Under the pieces are notes generated by a model. That model saw only the letters and a program-made list of their open reading frames with translations. It was not told the DNA's origin and ran no database searches. DNA of 64,000 nucleotides from an uncultured Lachnospiraceae bacterium (GTDB lineage: Bacteria; Bacillota; Clostridia; Lachnospirales; Lachnospiraceae), in contig CANOZK010000006.1 in the NCBI GenBank assembly GCA_947571775.1, positions 80,281-144,280 of the forward strand, in the 5' to 3' direction. The position numbers and the translations under genes were made by a program. The stretch's first letter is position 1, and every line of letters starts with the position of its first letter. Positions 53,601-62,480 of this stretch are shown here, one piece after another.

Positions 53601-55179
53601 CCACTTCCTCGCGAATCGCATCCAGTGGCGGATTGGTCACCTGAGCAAACTGCTGTTTAAAATAATGAAACAAAGGCTCATGTCCCTCTGAGAGTACTGG
53701 AAGGGGTGTATCTGTGCCCATCGCCGCAATGGCCTCGCTTCCTGTCGCCGCCATATGCAGGATGGAAGTCCGGCAGTCCTCATAGGCATAGCCAAAAGCT
53801 TTCTGAAGCCTTGCCCGTTCTTCCTGCGTATAGGAGGGGACTCTTTTGTTGGGAATTTTCAGTTCTTTTAACGTCACCAGATGGCTGTCCAGCCATTCCC
53901 CGTAGGGCTGTTTTCCTGCATAATACTCTTTTAGCTCATCGTCGGAGATCACCTTGCCCCGAACCGTATCCACCAACAGCATTTTGCCGGGATGCAGCCG
54001 CTCCTTTTCCACAATTTTCGCCGGATCGATCTCCAGAACGCCCACTTCTGAGGACAGAATCACATACCCGTCCGAGGTCACATAATACCGGGAAGGACGC
54101 AGGCCGTTTCGATCCAGAACAGCGCCCATAATGTCCCCATCGCTGAACAGAATCGACGCCGGGCCGTCCCACGGCTCCATCATCGTCGCATAATACTGGT
54201 AAAAATCCCGCTTTTTCTGGCTCATGGTCTTGTTGTTCGCCCATGGCTCCGGTATCGTAATCATCACCGCCAAAGGCAGCGGCATCCCGCTCATCACCAG
54301 AAATTCGAGCGTATTGTCCAGCATCGCCGAATCCGATCCGGTGGCGTTTACCACAGGAAGCACTTTGTACAGTTCATCCCCCAGGGCGCCGTTGTCCATG
54401 GTTTCCTCCCTAGCCAGCATTTTATCCCCGTTGCCCCGAATGGTGTTGATCTCGCCGTTATGTACGATAAAGCGATTCGGATGCGCCCGCTCCCAGCTCG
54501 GATTGGTGTTGGTGCTGAAGCGGGAATGTACCATGGCGATGGCAGACTCATAATCCTCGCTTTGCAGATCCTTGTAAAAGGTGCGAAGCTGCCCCACCAG
54601 AAACATCCCCTTATAAGCAATGGTTCTGCTGGACAGGGAGGACACGTATGTATTGTCGTTGCTCTGCTCAAAAATGCGCCGGATAATATAAAGCCTGCGG
54701 TCAAAGTCCAGACCCCGCTCCAATCCTCTGGGCCGTTTGATAAAGCCCTGCATAATGTAGGGCATACAGGCAACCGCCCGATGACCCAGCACACCGGGAG
54801 CCGTGGGCACTTCCCTCCATCCCAGAAATTCCAGCCCCTCCTTTTCCACAATCACCTCAAACATTTTCTTGGCCTGGTTGCGCTTGAGTTCATCCTGGGG
54901 AAAAAAGAACATCCCCACGCCGTAATCTCTCTCATTACCTAAAAAGATGCCGATGGACTGACAGGCTTTTGAAAAAAACTTGTGTGAAATCTGCAACAGA
55001 ATTCCCACACCGTCTCCTGTCTTTCCTTCGGCATCTTTGCCAGCTCTATGTTCTAGGTTCTCCACAATCTTCAATGCGTTGACCACTGTTTCATGTGTCT
55101 TGATTCCTCTTATATTGACTACCGCCCCGATTCCGCAATTGTCGTGCTCGAATCGGGCATCATATAACGTCTTCTCCAT
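50644..55179 (-). CDS. gltB: glutamate synthase large subunit
   Basis: 1511 aa with the N-terminal Ntn nucleophile (HDNCGIGAV), FMN and 3Fe-4S domains (LDTCPVGVATQ) and the C-terminal GXGXG beta-helix domain. Confidence 0.95.
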   Translation of the reverse strand: MEKTLYDARFEHDNCGIGAVVNIRGIKTHETVVNALKIVENLEHRAGKDAEGKTGDGVGILLQISHKFFSKACQSIGIFLGNERDYGVGMFFFPQDELKRNQAKKMFEVIVEKEGLEFLGWREVPTAPGVLGHRAVACMPYIMQGFIKRPRGLERGLDFDRRLYIIRRIFEQSNDNTYVSSLSSRTIAYKGMFLVGQLRTFYKDLQSEDYESAIAMVHSRFSTNTNPSWERAHPNRFIVHNGEINTIRGNGDKMLAREETMDNGALGDELYKVLPVVNATGSDSAMLDNTLEFLVMSGMPLPLAVMITIPEPWANNKTMSQKKRDFYQYYATMMEPWDGPASILFSDGDIMGAVLDRNGLRPSRYYVTSDGYVILSSEVGVLEIDPAKIVEKERLHPGKMLLVDTVRGKVISDDELKEYYAGKQPYGEWLDSHLVTLKELKIPNKRVPSYTQEERARLQKAFGYAYEDCRTSILHMAATGSEAIAAMGTDTPLPVLSEGHEPLFHYFKQQFAQVTNPPLDAIREEVVTSTTVYVGEDGNLLEEKPENCTVLKVENPILTNTDLLKIKNMKRREFKIETIPILFYKNTSLEKAIERLFVEVDRAHRDGAKVIILSDRGVDENHVAIPSLLAVSAVHQHLVKTKKRTSLAIILESGEPREVHHFATLLGYGACAINPYLAQDTIHELIDTGILDKDYYAAVEDYNNAILHGIVKIASKMGISTIQSYHGSQIFEAVGIAKEVIDKYFTNTVSRIGGITMEDIGREADQLHSEAFDFLGLETDLSLDSLGRHKMRSGGERHLYNPQTIHLLQESTKQGDYAMFKEYTKLLEAEEKPGLLRDLMELKYPKQGVPLEEVESVDSIVTRFKTGAMSYGSISQEAHETLAIAMNRIHGKSNTGEGGESLDRLTVGPDGQNRCSAIKQVASGRFGVTSRYLVSAQEIQIKMAQGAKPGEGGHLPGGKVYPWIATTRHSTPGVSLISPPPHHDIYSIEDLAQLIYDLKNANPNALISVKLVAEAGVGTVAAGVAKAGAQVILISGYDGGTGAAPGSSIYNAGLPWELGLSETHQTLILNGLRGKVRIETDGKLMTGKHVAIAAMLGAEEFGFATAPLITMGCVMMRVCNLDTCPVGVATQNPELRKRFRGKPEYVVNFMRFIAQELREYMAKLGVRTVDELVGRTDLLCARTDIQARKAQKVDLSNILSNPYAATKQKVVFDPKQVYDFELDQKADRTVLMKKFQDALESGQKRSVELDVGNTDRTFGTMFGSEITKRYGDTLEEDTYTVKCHGSGGQSFGAFIPKGLTLELVGDSNDYFGKGLSGGKLVVYPPRGSRFRQDENIIVGNVALYGATSGKAYINGVAGERFCVRNSGASSVVEGVGDHGCEYMTGGRVVILGTVGKNFAAGMSGGIAYVLDEENNLYTKTNKDMVSIEKVTSKYDVQELKTMIQDHVAYTNSIKGKQMLDHFEEYLPKFKKIIPNDYNRMLSAIVKMEEKGLSSQQAQIEAFYANKQDEEG

Positions 55180-55216
55180 TTGGAAAACCGTCCTTTCTTC
55201 CGAAATACTTAAAATT

Positions 55217-55312
55217 ACTATAACTCATTTTTTCCTTGTTGTAAACAACAAATTTTCCCTTAATTATCAGATAATATGATTTTATATCTTTATATTTATT
55301 TTTATCAGATAA
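55217..55312 (-). promoter_or_regulatory. candidate gltBD promoter with three palindromic elements
   Basis: The minus strand reads TTTACA (55240-55245), 17 nt, TATAGT (55217-55222). The -35 sits inside the palindrome TTGTTGT-NN-ACAACAA (55236-55251). Two copies of the palindrome TTATC-N-GATAA lie at 55264-55274 and 55302-55312. Confidence 0.4.
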
Positions 55313-55433
55313 CAATCCTTATATTCTTATTTTTCTCCCCGTAACCGCCTGGATATTTCTCAAGAAAAGAAAAAATTCAAGGTGGAAAAATCAAAAAATC
55401 ATCCATCCATCTTGAATTTTCTCAATTATCTCT

Positions 55434-56198
55434 TCAATTTTTACAAAATCGGACGACGGAAAAAATTACAACGACAATCTCCACGCCCATAGCCAGCAGC
55501 AAGAAATATCCCAATTGCGCCGATTGGACTTTTTCCGCCAGCTTCGTCAGAATCACCGACCAGGAATTTGCCCCGATATGAAGCAGAATCGGCGCCCACA
55601 GACTGCCCAGCCGATAATAGCAATAGGCAAAGCAGGCTCCCAAAACTCCTGCATATAAAAACTGCAAAACATTCCCATGGTAAACGCCGAACAAAAAAGC
55701 GGAAATCCCAACGGCCCAGCCAAGACGCATATCATCCAACAGCCGTCGGAAAATCAATCCGCGGAAAATCAGTTCTTCCGCTATGGGAGCCACAATTCCC
55801 ACCCACAGCATCATGGAAAAAAAGCTCTGCCCCGTAAATACCTGTTCCGAAAGTTCTTCATATCCCGGAAACAACCGGGTAATCTGCAAAACGGCCAGCA
55901 GCATATTGGCCAGATGGCAAACCGATACGCCTAAGAGCAGCATCCAGATCACTTCCCCCGGACGGATCTGTCTCTGAAACGCCCGCTGGCGGTAAAAGCC
56001 AGGCTGTCTGTTGTCCAGCTTTATCAAAAGCCAGGCTATTGGGATGGTCAAAAGCCCTGTTACGCCTGTGGCCACCAAGCTGTATTTCTGCGCTTCTCCC
56101 AGGCCAAGGCCCAGTACCAGAAGTGCAACAACTAGCGCCTGCGCCATCAAAAATCCGATTCCAAAGTGAATCCCTGCCGGATAAAGTGCCCTCCACAC
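55434..56198 (-). CDS. CPBP-family intramembrane glutamic endopeptidase (CAAX protease/Abi-like)
   Basis: 254 aa, polytopic, with the conserved motifs APIAEELIFRG and FGVYH.... Confidence 0.8.
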   Translation of the reverse strand: MWRALYPAGIHFGIGFLMAQALVVALLVLGLGLGEAQKYSLVATGVTGLLTIPIAWLLIKLDNRQPGFYRQRAFQRQIRPGEVIWMLLLGVSVCHLANMLLAVLQITRLFPGYEELSEQVFTGQSFFSMMLWVGIVAPIAEELIFRGLIFRRLLDDMRLGWAVGISAFLFGVYHGNVLQFLYAGVLGACFAYCYYRLGSLWAPILLHIGANSWSVILTKLAEKVQSAQLGYFLLLAMGVEIVVVIFSVVRFCKN

Positions 56199-56233
56199 TT
56201 TATGAAGCCAATGCCGGCGGCGCGGCGGAGGGC

Positions 56234-56881
56234 TTACAGAAAAAAACGATGCAGACCTTCCACGGCAGGGACAATCATCACCGGACCCGCCTGCTGCAAC
56301 TCCTGAAAGCTGCCGTATCCATAGGCCACCGCCACGCAGTCGACTCCCGCCTCTTTTGCACCCTGAACGTCATGCCAGCGATCCCCAATCATGACCACCT
56401 GTTCCTTTTTGTCTTCCATGTTTAACTTTCTGAGAGCTTCCCGGATAACCTCTGCCTTGCCGCTGCGGGAACCGTCCATCTGGGTACCCTCCACCACGGT
56501 AAAAAAAGACGCAAGCTGAAAGTGCTCCAAAATCTGTCTTACATAATACACCGGCTTGGCAGAAGCCACTCCAAGGATATATCCTTGATTTTTCAAATCC
56601 TGCAAGAGTTCCCGGATTCCCTCATAGGGCCGATTCTCGTAAATCCCCTGCCGACTGTATCGCTCCCGGTAATAAGAAACCGCCTGCCAGGCCGTCTCCT
56701 CATTCATCCCATAGGCGTTCATAAACTGATCCAGCAGCGGAGGCCCGACGAACGCCTCCAACTTCTGCAAATCCGGTTCGTCTATTCCAAGCTTGTGCAG
56801 CGCATATTGAACACTTTTGGTAATTCCTTCCGCCGAAGCCGTCAGTGTGCCATCCAAATCAAATAAAATCACATGGTACAT
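56234..56881 (-). CDS. HAD-family hydrolase (phosphoglycolate phosphatase-like)
   Basis: 215 aa with HAD motif I ILFDLDGTL, motif II SAK and motif IV MIGDRWHD. Confidence 0.85.
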   Translation of the reverse strand: MYHVILFDLDGTLTASAEGITKSVQYALHKLGIDEPDLQKLEAFVGPPLLDQFMNAYGMNEETAWQAVSYYRERYSRQGIYENRPYEGIRELLQDLKNQGYILGVASAKPVYYVRQILEHFQLASFFTVVEGTQMDGSRSGKAEVIREALRKLNMEDKKEQVVMIGDRWHDVQGAKEAGVDCVAVAYGYGSFQELQQAGPVMIVPAVEGLHRFFL

Positions 56882-57034
56882 TCCCCTTGCTCCTCTCCTG
56901 AAAACCGCTGCAAGCGACTCTTTTTTTGTAATGAGCTTTCTGCTTTTCGATTTTCATCATTCTACGGCAATAGTATAACACAAATTTCCGTTTTTGGCGA
57001 TTTAATTACACCAGAGAAACCAGCTTACGATTAT

Positions 57035-57212
57035 TTATTTCTCAAATGGTACGATTGCAAGAGTCTTTCCCAATGGAACCAGAATTTTAAGGATGGTATC
57101 TATCTGTGGATTTATGCTCCCTTTCTCCATTCTAGCTATGATCGGCTGTTTGACACCGCTGAGTTCCCCAAGTCGTGTAACCGCTCTGAACTACTGCCAA
57201 ATGTTTCAACAA
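57035..57212 (-). pseudogene. possible frameshifted XRE-type HTH gene remnant
   Basis: One minus frame (57212-57132) reads LLKHLAVVQSGYTTWGTQRC...stop. A second frame (57190-57035) has no start codon and reads ..TRLGELSGVKQPIIARMEKGSINPQIDTILKILVPLGKTLAIVPFEK-stop. Together they resemble an HTH_XRE protein broken by a 1-nt shift near 57170-57176. Confidence 0.35.
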
Positions 57213-57220
57213 AAGCTCAA

Positions 57221-58888
57221 TTATCTCTCCCTCCGTGCAAGGTTGCCTGTGGTTTCTGGTGATGGCTTATGAGCGCTGTTATCTCCAATAAATTTTGCCA
57301 AAAAATCTCTATCCCACAATATGATTCCATTTTCTTTTGCCAGTTCCTTCGCCGATTTCGTGAAATAATTGCTTGTCATTACAATCCCCACATGGCAATG
57401 ATAAAATTGTTTTCCGGCAAATATTTCTTGTATCGCTTTATTTCCGACAGGATGAGAATAGCGTTTGCACTGAACTGCATATTTAATCCCATCGCGCTCT
57501 GCAAAAACGTCAACCCCCTGGTCGCCGCTCCCTTTCGTTACTTCTACATTTTCATATCCGTTTTCTTTTAATATATCCGCGCAAAAGTTCTCAAACTCCC
57601 ATCCATCCATAGAATCATAATCAAACGGAAACGCTTTGGCGCAATCCTGAATCGGTACAGCTTCCTCTTCTTTGGAAAATAGATGCTCAAATTCTTCCAT
57701 ATTGACCAAGATTTTTCTTGTTTTTTCTTTGGAGCCGGAATTGCTTTTCAAAAAATCTACGACTTTTGAAATTTCTTCATCGGATACATATGCGCCTTGA
57801 ACGCGGATTGCTCTTGTAAGCCCCCGTGCCTTGTAAAGCATATCTCCGTTTTCCAAAAGCTCTTCCGCGCCCTTTTCGTCCAAAATGGCCTCCGAATCCT
57901 TTGCCGAGGAAACACGAAACGCAATCCTTCCAGGAATATTCGCTTTGATCGGTCCGGTCAGAACATCCTCCGAAACTTTTCGTGTTGCGATAATCAGATG
58001 AATCCCGGCCGCTCTCGATATCTGCGTTATTCTGGTAATCAACCGCTCTGTTTCGTCTTTGTATAACGCCATAAAATCAGATAAATCGTCTATAATGATA
58101 AATATCCGCGGCAGTTTCTGCGATATTTTTTCAGAATTATGATATCCGTTCAAATCTCTGACGCCGCAATCCACAAACTTTCTATATCTATCTTCCGTTT
58201 CTGATATCGCCCAATTCAAGGCTTTTAAGGCCCTTGACGGATTGCTTATAACCGGTGCAAGCAGATGCGGTATCCCGTTATAAAGATTTAAATTCGTACC
58301 TTTTGTATCTATCAGAATCATTTTTACCGCATCTGGAGATGACTGATAAAGAATGCCCATAATGAAAGTGGATAGAAAATTTGTTTTGCCAGATCCGGCC
58401 GCTCCCGCAATTAAGATATGCGGCATTTCGGATAGATCAGCGATTGCATTTTCCCCAATCGTATTTTTTCCAATTACGCACGCTGCGTCAGATGGAAATT
58501 CTGTAAAATCTGCGGATTCGAGGATTCCTCTCAGGGCAACCATCGAGTGGCTTTTGTTGGCAATATCAATTCCCATAGCGAATTTTCCCGGAATGGATTT
58601 CTCAATGTGAAGATAGGAAGCCACCGTCGCTCTTTTCAACTCGTTTTTCCGTCTTGTAATTTCTTCTACCCGAACCCCTGGTTCTGGTACGATTTCGTAT
58701 CTTGTAAACCTTGCGCCTACATAAATATTGGAAACTCGTACTCTCACCCCAAAATTGAAAAGGGTTTGTTGTATCATCGCTGCGGTCCCTTTTGTTTCTT
58801 CTTTGTTCCTGCTGTGCGGACTTCTTTTCAGCAGGGATTTTGGTGGAAAACAGTACTGCGCACTTGTATATTCCTTTTGTCTGTCCAT
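57221..58888 (-). CDS. FtsK/SpoIIIE-type ATPase domain fused to a C-terminal Mrr-like restriction-endonuclease domain
   Basis: 555 aa with no TM region. The alpha/beta motor part has FGVRVRVSNIYVGARFTRYEIVPEPGVRV, Walker A GAAGSGKT and Walker B IFIIIDDLSDF. The C-terminal 130 aa (GWEFENFCADILKENGYENVEVTKGSGDQGVDVFAERDGIKYAVQCKRY) matches the Mrr_cat D-(D/E)xK pattern. Confidence 0.8.
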   Translation of the reverse strand: MDRQKEYTSAQYCFPPKSLLKRSPHSRNKEETKGTAAMIQQTLFNFGVRVRVSNIYVGARFTRYEIVPEPGVRVEEITRRKNELKRATVASYLHIEKSIPGKFAMGIDIANKSHSMVALRGILESADFTEFPSDAACVIGKNTIGENAIADLSEMPHILIAGAAGSGKTNFLSTFIMGILYQSSPDAVKMILIDTKGTNLNLYNGIPHLLAPVISNPSRALKALNWAISETEDRYRKFVDCGVRDLNGYHNSEKISQKLPRIFIIIDDLSDFMALYKDETERLITRITQISRAAGIHLIIATRKVSEDVLTGPIKANIPGRIAFRVSSAKDSEAILDEKGAEELLENGDMLYKARGLTRAIRVQGAYVSDEEISKVVDFLKSNSGSKEKTRKILVNMEEFEHLFSKEEEAVPIQDCAKAFPFDYDSMDGWEFENFCADILKENGYENVEVTKGSGDQGVDVFAERDGIKYAVQCKRYSHPVGNKAIQEIFAGKQFYHCHVGIVMTSNYFTKSAKELAKENGIILWDRDFLAKFIGDNSAHKPSPETTGNLARRER

Positions 58889-59049
58889 ATTATCTCAAAC
58901 TCCCTTTTCGTGATATATCTACATTTTATCACAAAAAGAGAACGTTGTCGAATCCTGGAAATGCCCAAATTTCAGAAATAAAAAAAGACAGCGTCAAAGA
59001 TAGCGCTGCCTCAGGCTTTTGTTGTATTTACAAGAAGGGATCTGGTCGT

Positions 59050-59472
59050 TTACAATTCCGTCACGTTTTGAATCACGCGATACCCTTTTTTTACCAGAAC
59101 GCTTTCCGTCTCCTCGATATCCTCTGCCCGGAAAATCAACACGGCTGATTTCAACTGGCTGCTGATATAGGAATACAGACAGTCAATGCCAATATTGGCC
59201 TCCTCCACCGTCTCTAAGATACCGTCCATCGCCCCTGCCTGGTCGTCCATGGGCACGGCAATTACCCGGTCTTTCATAACCATCTGGCCGTGTGCTTCCA
59301 GCACCTGATAGCCTTTTTCAAAATCGTCTACGATCATCCGCAGAATGCCGAAATCCGGCGCATCGTATGTAGAAATGCACAGGCAGTTTACCTGATGCTG
59401 GGCCAAAAGGCTTGTGACCCGCCGCAGGCTTCCCGGTTTGTTTTTTACCACAACTGCTATCTGATTAATCAT
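59050..59472 (-). CDS. ACT domain-containing protein (tandem ACT)
   Basis: 140 aa. The N-terminus MINQIAVVVKNKPGSLRRVTSLLAQHQVN has the typical ACT beta-alpha-beta start, and a second similar unit follows. Confidence 0.7.
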   Translation of the reverse strand: MINQIAVVVKNKPGSLRRVTSLLAQHQVNCLCISTYDAPDFGILRMIVDDFEKGYQVLEAHGQMVMKDRVIAVPMDDQAGAMDGILETVEEANIGIDCLYSYISSQLKSAVLIFRAEDIEETESVLVKKGYRVIQNVTEL

Positions 59473-59569
59473 ATGTACTTTCCTTTCTTGTCTCTCATTT
59501 TATAGTTTCACCCGCCCTGGATTAATCAGAGCGGGCTGCAAATTCTCTATGATCGTTTTTTTTGACTGC

Positions 59570-59818
59570 TTACTGTGTCAAAATGGATCTAACATGATCG
59601 ATTTCGTCTGCTTTTGCTTGTGCAGCCGGCACATAATAGTGCTTTTCCCTGGCGATGTTATAAATCTCCTCCTGGGACATTTCGCACTGGTTGCGGATCT
59701 GTTTTAAGGTTTGTTTTAACTGCGGATTTCCCGTCTGTGTGATCATCTCGGAATAACGCAGCAATTCACCGTTGACTGCTGTTAAGGTATCTGCTACCAT
59801 CGTTTTTTCATCTAACAT
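59570..59818 (-). CDS. Coat F-like spore coat protein
   Basis: 82 aa. The pattern DEKTMVADTLTAVNGELLRYSEMITQTGNPQLKQTLKQIRNQCEMSQEEIYNIAREKHYY fits the Coat_F helical pattern. Confidence 0.7.
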   Translation of the reverse strand: MLDEKTMVADTLTAVNGELLRYSEMITQTGNPQLKQTLKQIRNQCEMSQEEIYNIAREKHYYVPAAQAKADEIDHVRSILTQ

Positions 59819-59830
59819 CTTTTGTCCCTC

Positions 59831-60016
59831 CTACTGTAAAAACTGCATTAACTGCTGCTTGTTCTGCATGGCTGACTGGGCAGATTTCTGAAAAAACTGC
59901 TTAATCTGCGGGTCTTGTGCCTGCTCCGCATAGCCTTGCATTTTACAATGGCTGACCTCAAATCCGCCGATCAGATGGCGCAGGTTCTGTAAATCCAATT
60001 CTGAAATATTCGTCAT
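59831..60016 (-). CDS. small helical protein, probable partner of the Coat F-like gene
   Basis: 61 aa, 12 nt upstream of the Coat F-like ORF. It has a similar Q/K-rich helical composition (QDPQIKQFFQKSAQSAMQNKQQLMQFLQ). Confidence 0.45.
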   Translation of the reverse strand: MTNISELDLQNLRHLIGGFEVSHCKMQGYAEQAQDPQIKQFFQKSAQSAMQNKQQLMQFLQ

Positions 60017-60088
60017 GATACACCTCCTAAATGAACGGTAACGACTTTACCACCTTAGTATACCACGACAAAAAAATCTTATTCGTTG

Positions 60089-61534
60089 CTATTCGCCGAT
60101 CAGCCAGTTATACATTTCCTCGTATTGGCTGGCCGAATGGTTCCAAGAGAAATCCATCGCCATCCCCCGATCCACGATTTTATTCCATTCCCTTTTTTTA
60201 TCATAATAGATCCGCTCCGCGTTGCGGATGACGCCCAGCATCTCGTGGGCGTTGTAATTGGTAAAACTGAATCCGGTTCCTTTGCTCTCATATTCGTTGT
60301 ACGGCTGTACGGTGTCTTTTAAGCCGCCAGTCTCGCGGACAATGGGAACGGTCCCATAACGCAGGCTCATCAACTGGCTTAAACCGCACGGCTCAAACAG
60401 AGACGGCATCAGAAACGCGTCGCAGGATGCATAGATCTTATGGGACATTGGCTCCGAATAGTAAATATTCGCAGAAACTTTCCCCCGGTATTTCCATGCA
60501 AAATGGCGGAACATATTTTCATAGCGTTCCTCTCCTGTGCCCAGAACTACGAGCTGAATGGAATCCTGGCACAACTCATCCATAATGTAGGCAATCAGAT
60601 CCAACCCTTTCTGGTCGGTGAGCCGGGAGACAATGCCGATCATCATTCTGCCGGCATCCTCCTCCAGTCCCAGATCCCTTTGCAGTGCAAGTTTATTTTT
60701 CTTTTTTTCCAGCCGGAAATTCTTCGCCTTGTAGTTCCTTACAATATGGCGGTCAGTGGCTGGATTGTACTCTTCGTAATCAATTCCGTTGACGATTCCT
60801 CTAAGGCTGTTGGTCCTGGCACACAGCAGGCCGTCCAGCCCTTCTCCGTAAAACGGCGTCTTAATTTCTTCCGCATACGTATTGCTCACCGTAGTGATGG
60901 CATCGGCGTACACGATTCCGCCTTTTAAAAAGTTGGCGTCCTTGTATGCCTCCAATTTATCCGGCGCAAAATAATAGGGCGGCAGGCCCGTGATGCTTTT
61001 TACCGTATCCACATCCCACACTCCCTGAAATTTCAGATTATGTATGGTCATGATGGTCTTGATGCCGCGGAAAAACTCCCCTGCCTGGAATGTGTCATGC
61101 AGGTAGACAGGCAAAAGACCCGTCTGCCAGTCATGGCAGTGAATGATATGGGGTCGGAAATCAATTACCGGCAAAACGGACAGAACCGCTTTTGAGAAAA
61201 AAGCAAATTTCTCTAAATCCCACGGGGCCTGGCTGTACGGTTTTGGTCCACCAAAATAATGCTCGTTATCGATAAAGTAAAAGGTAATCCCATCGTGTTC
61301 CATACGGAAGATTCCCACATAACAGCTTCGGAAACCCAGATCCATATAGAAGTTTGTGATATACTCCATCTTTGATTTCCATTCTTCTGGAATACACGTA
61401 TACTTAGGTAATATCACCCGAATGTCAAAATAGCGTTTGTCAAAGTATTTGGGCAATGCTCCCGCCACATCCGCAAGCCCTCCGGTCTTAATAAACGGTA
61501 CGGCCTCTGACGCAGCAAATAATATATTCTTCAT
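60089..61534 (-). CDS. glgA: glycogen synthase (ADP-glucose type)
   Basis: 481 aa with the N-terminal SEAVPFIKTGGLADV motif, plus HDWQTGL and PSLFEPCGLSQL. Confidence 0.93.
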   Translation of the reverse strand: MKNILFAASEAVPFIKTGGLADVAGALPKYFDKRYFDIRVILPKYTCIPEEWKSKMEYITNFYMDLGFRSCYVGIFRMEHDGITFYFIDNEHYFGGPKPYSQAPWDLEKFAFFSKAVLSVLPVIDFRPHIIHCHDWQTGLLPVYLHDTFQAGEFFRGIKTIMTIHNLKFQGVWDVDTVKSITGLPPYYFAPDKLEAYKDANFLKGGIVYADAITTVSNTYAEEIKTPFYGEGLDGLLCARTNSLRGIVNGIDYEEYNPATDRHIVRNYKAKNFRLEKKKNKLALQRDLGLEEDAGRMMIGIVSRLTDQKGLDLIAYIMDELCQDSIQLVVLGTGEERYENMFRHFAWKYRGKVSANIYYSEPMSHKIYASCDAFLMPSLFEPCGLSQLMSLRYGTVPIVRETGGLKDTVQPYNEYESKGTGFSFTNYNAHEMLGVIRNAERIYYDKKREWNKIVDRGMAMDFSWNHSASQYEEMYNWLIGE

Positions 61535-61572
61535 CCCATATCCTCCTTAGCGAAATGAATGTGTCTATATTA

Positions 61573-62397
61573 TTATATCCTACTTTCTACACTATGGAAA
61601 GTCTGATTTTTATATTCCAGTCTTATTTTATCCGCAATCAAGGCTATGAATTCTGAGTTTGTGGGTTTTCCTTTTCCGTTGCTGACCGTATATCCAAATA
61701 ATTCGTCAATGGTATCCATTTTTCCGCGGCTCCAGGCGACTTCAATGGCATGGCGGATCGCCCGCTCTACTCTGCTGGGCGTGGTTTGGTGTCTCTTGGC
61801 AATGGTCGGATACAAAATCTTTGTTATGGAATTGAGCATCTCCTGGTCATTGACCGATAAAATGATGGCATCACGTAGATACTGGTATCCCTTGATATGT
61901 GCCGGAACGCCGATTTCGTGGATAATATGTGTTACATCGCCCTCCAGATTCCTTTCCATATAGTGACTGGAGCTTTCGTAAGCGCTGATCTTCTGTATGT
62001 CCTTTTTGCGCCGCTGCGCCATTTGCCTGACGTATTTGATGCGATCCAGCAGCAGCCCGTTGTCAAATGGCTTGAGCATATAATAGTCTGCTCCCAGATT
62101 GAACGCGTCTTCCGTAATTCGCTCCTGTCCTACGGCAGACAGGATGATAAAAGACGGCTGCTTCTTCATCTCTTTGTCGTGGATCACTCTGTCCATCACA
62201 GACAGCCCATCCACCTTTGGCATAATAATATCCAGCAGCACCACGTCTGGTTCTTTCTCCCGAATGATATTGCAGATATCTTCTCCATTATGTGCTTTTC
62301 CGACTAAATGCAGTTCTTTATCCTCGGCTATCATTTTCTCCAGTATTTCTATCATTTTTTCGTTATCATCGGCAATGGCTATGTCTAATTTTTCCAT
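61573..62397 (-). CDS. spo0A: sporulation master regulator Spo0A
   Basis: 274 aa with a REC domain ([14 protein letters not shown]) and the Spo0A-specific C-terminal domain ([55 protein letters not shown]). Confidence 0.95.
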   Translation of the reverse strand: MEKLDIAIADDNEKMIEILEKMIAEDKELHLVGKAHNGEDICNIIREKEPDVVLLDIIMPKVDGLSVMDRVIHDKEMKKQPSFIILSAVGQERITEDAFNLGADYYMLKPFDNGLLLDRIKYVRQMAQRRKKDIQKISAYESSSHYMERNLEGDVTHIIHEIGVPAHIKGYQYLRDAIILSVNDQEMLNSITKILYPTIAKRHQTTPSRVERAIRHAIEVAWSRGKMDTIDELFGYTVSNGKGKPTNSEFIALIADKIRLEYKNQTFHSVESRI

Positions 62398-62480
62398 CGA
62401 TGCTCCTCCTTACACTTGTGTTTTCTGTCCAGAAACTTTTTCGGCCCCGTACAGCCTTTTTGGCTTCTGCACCTAAAAAT

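Noticed and set aside
58946-58952. A perfect Spo0A box (TGTCGAA) upstream of the FtsK-Mrr gene, considered as evidence of sporulation control
   Set aside because: A single 7-mer match is within chance expectation for a window of this size, and there is no second box or supporting context.
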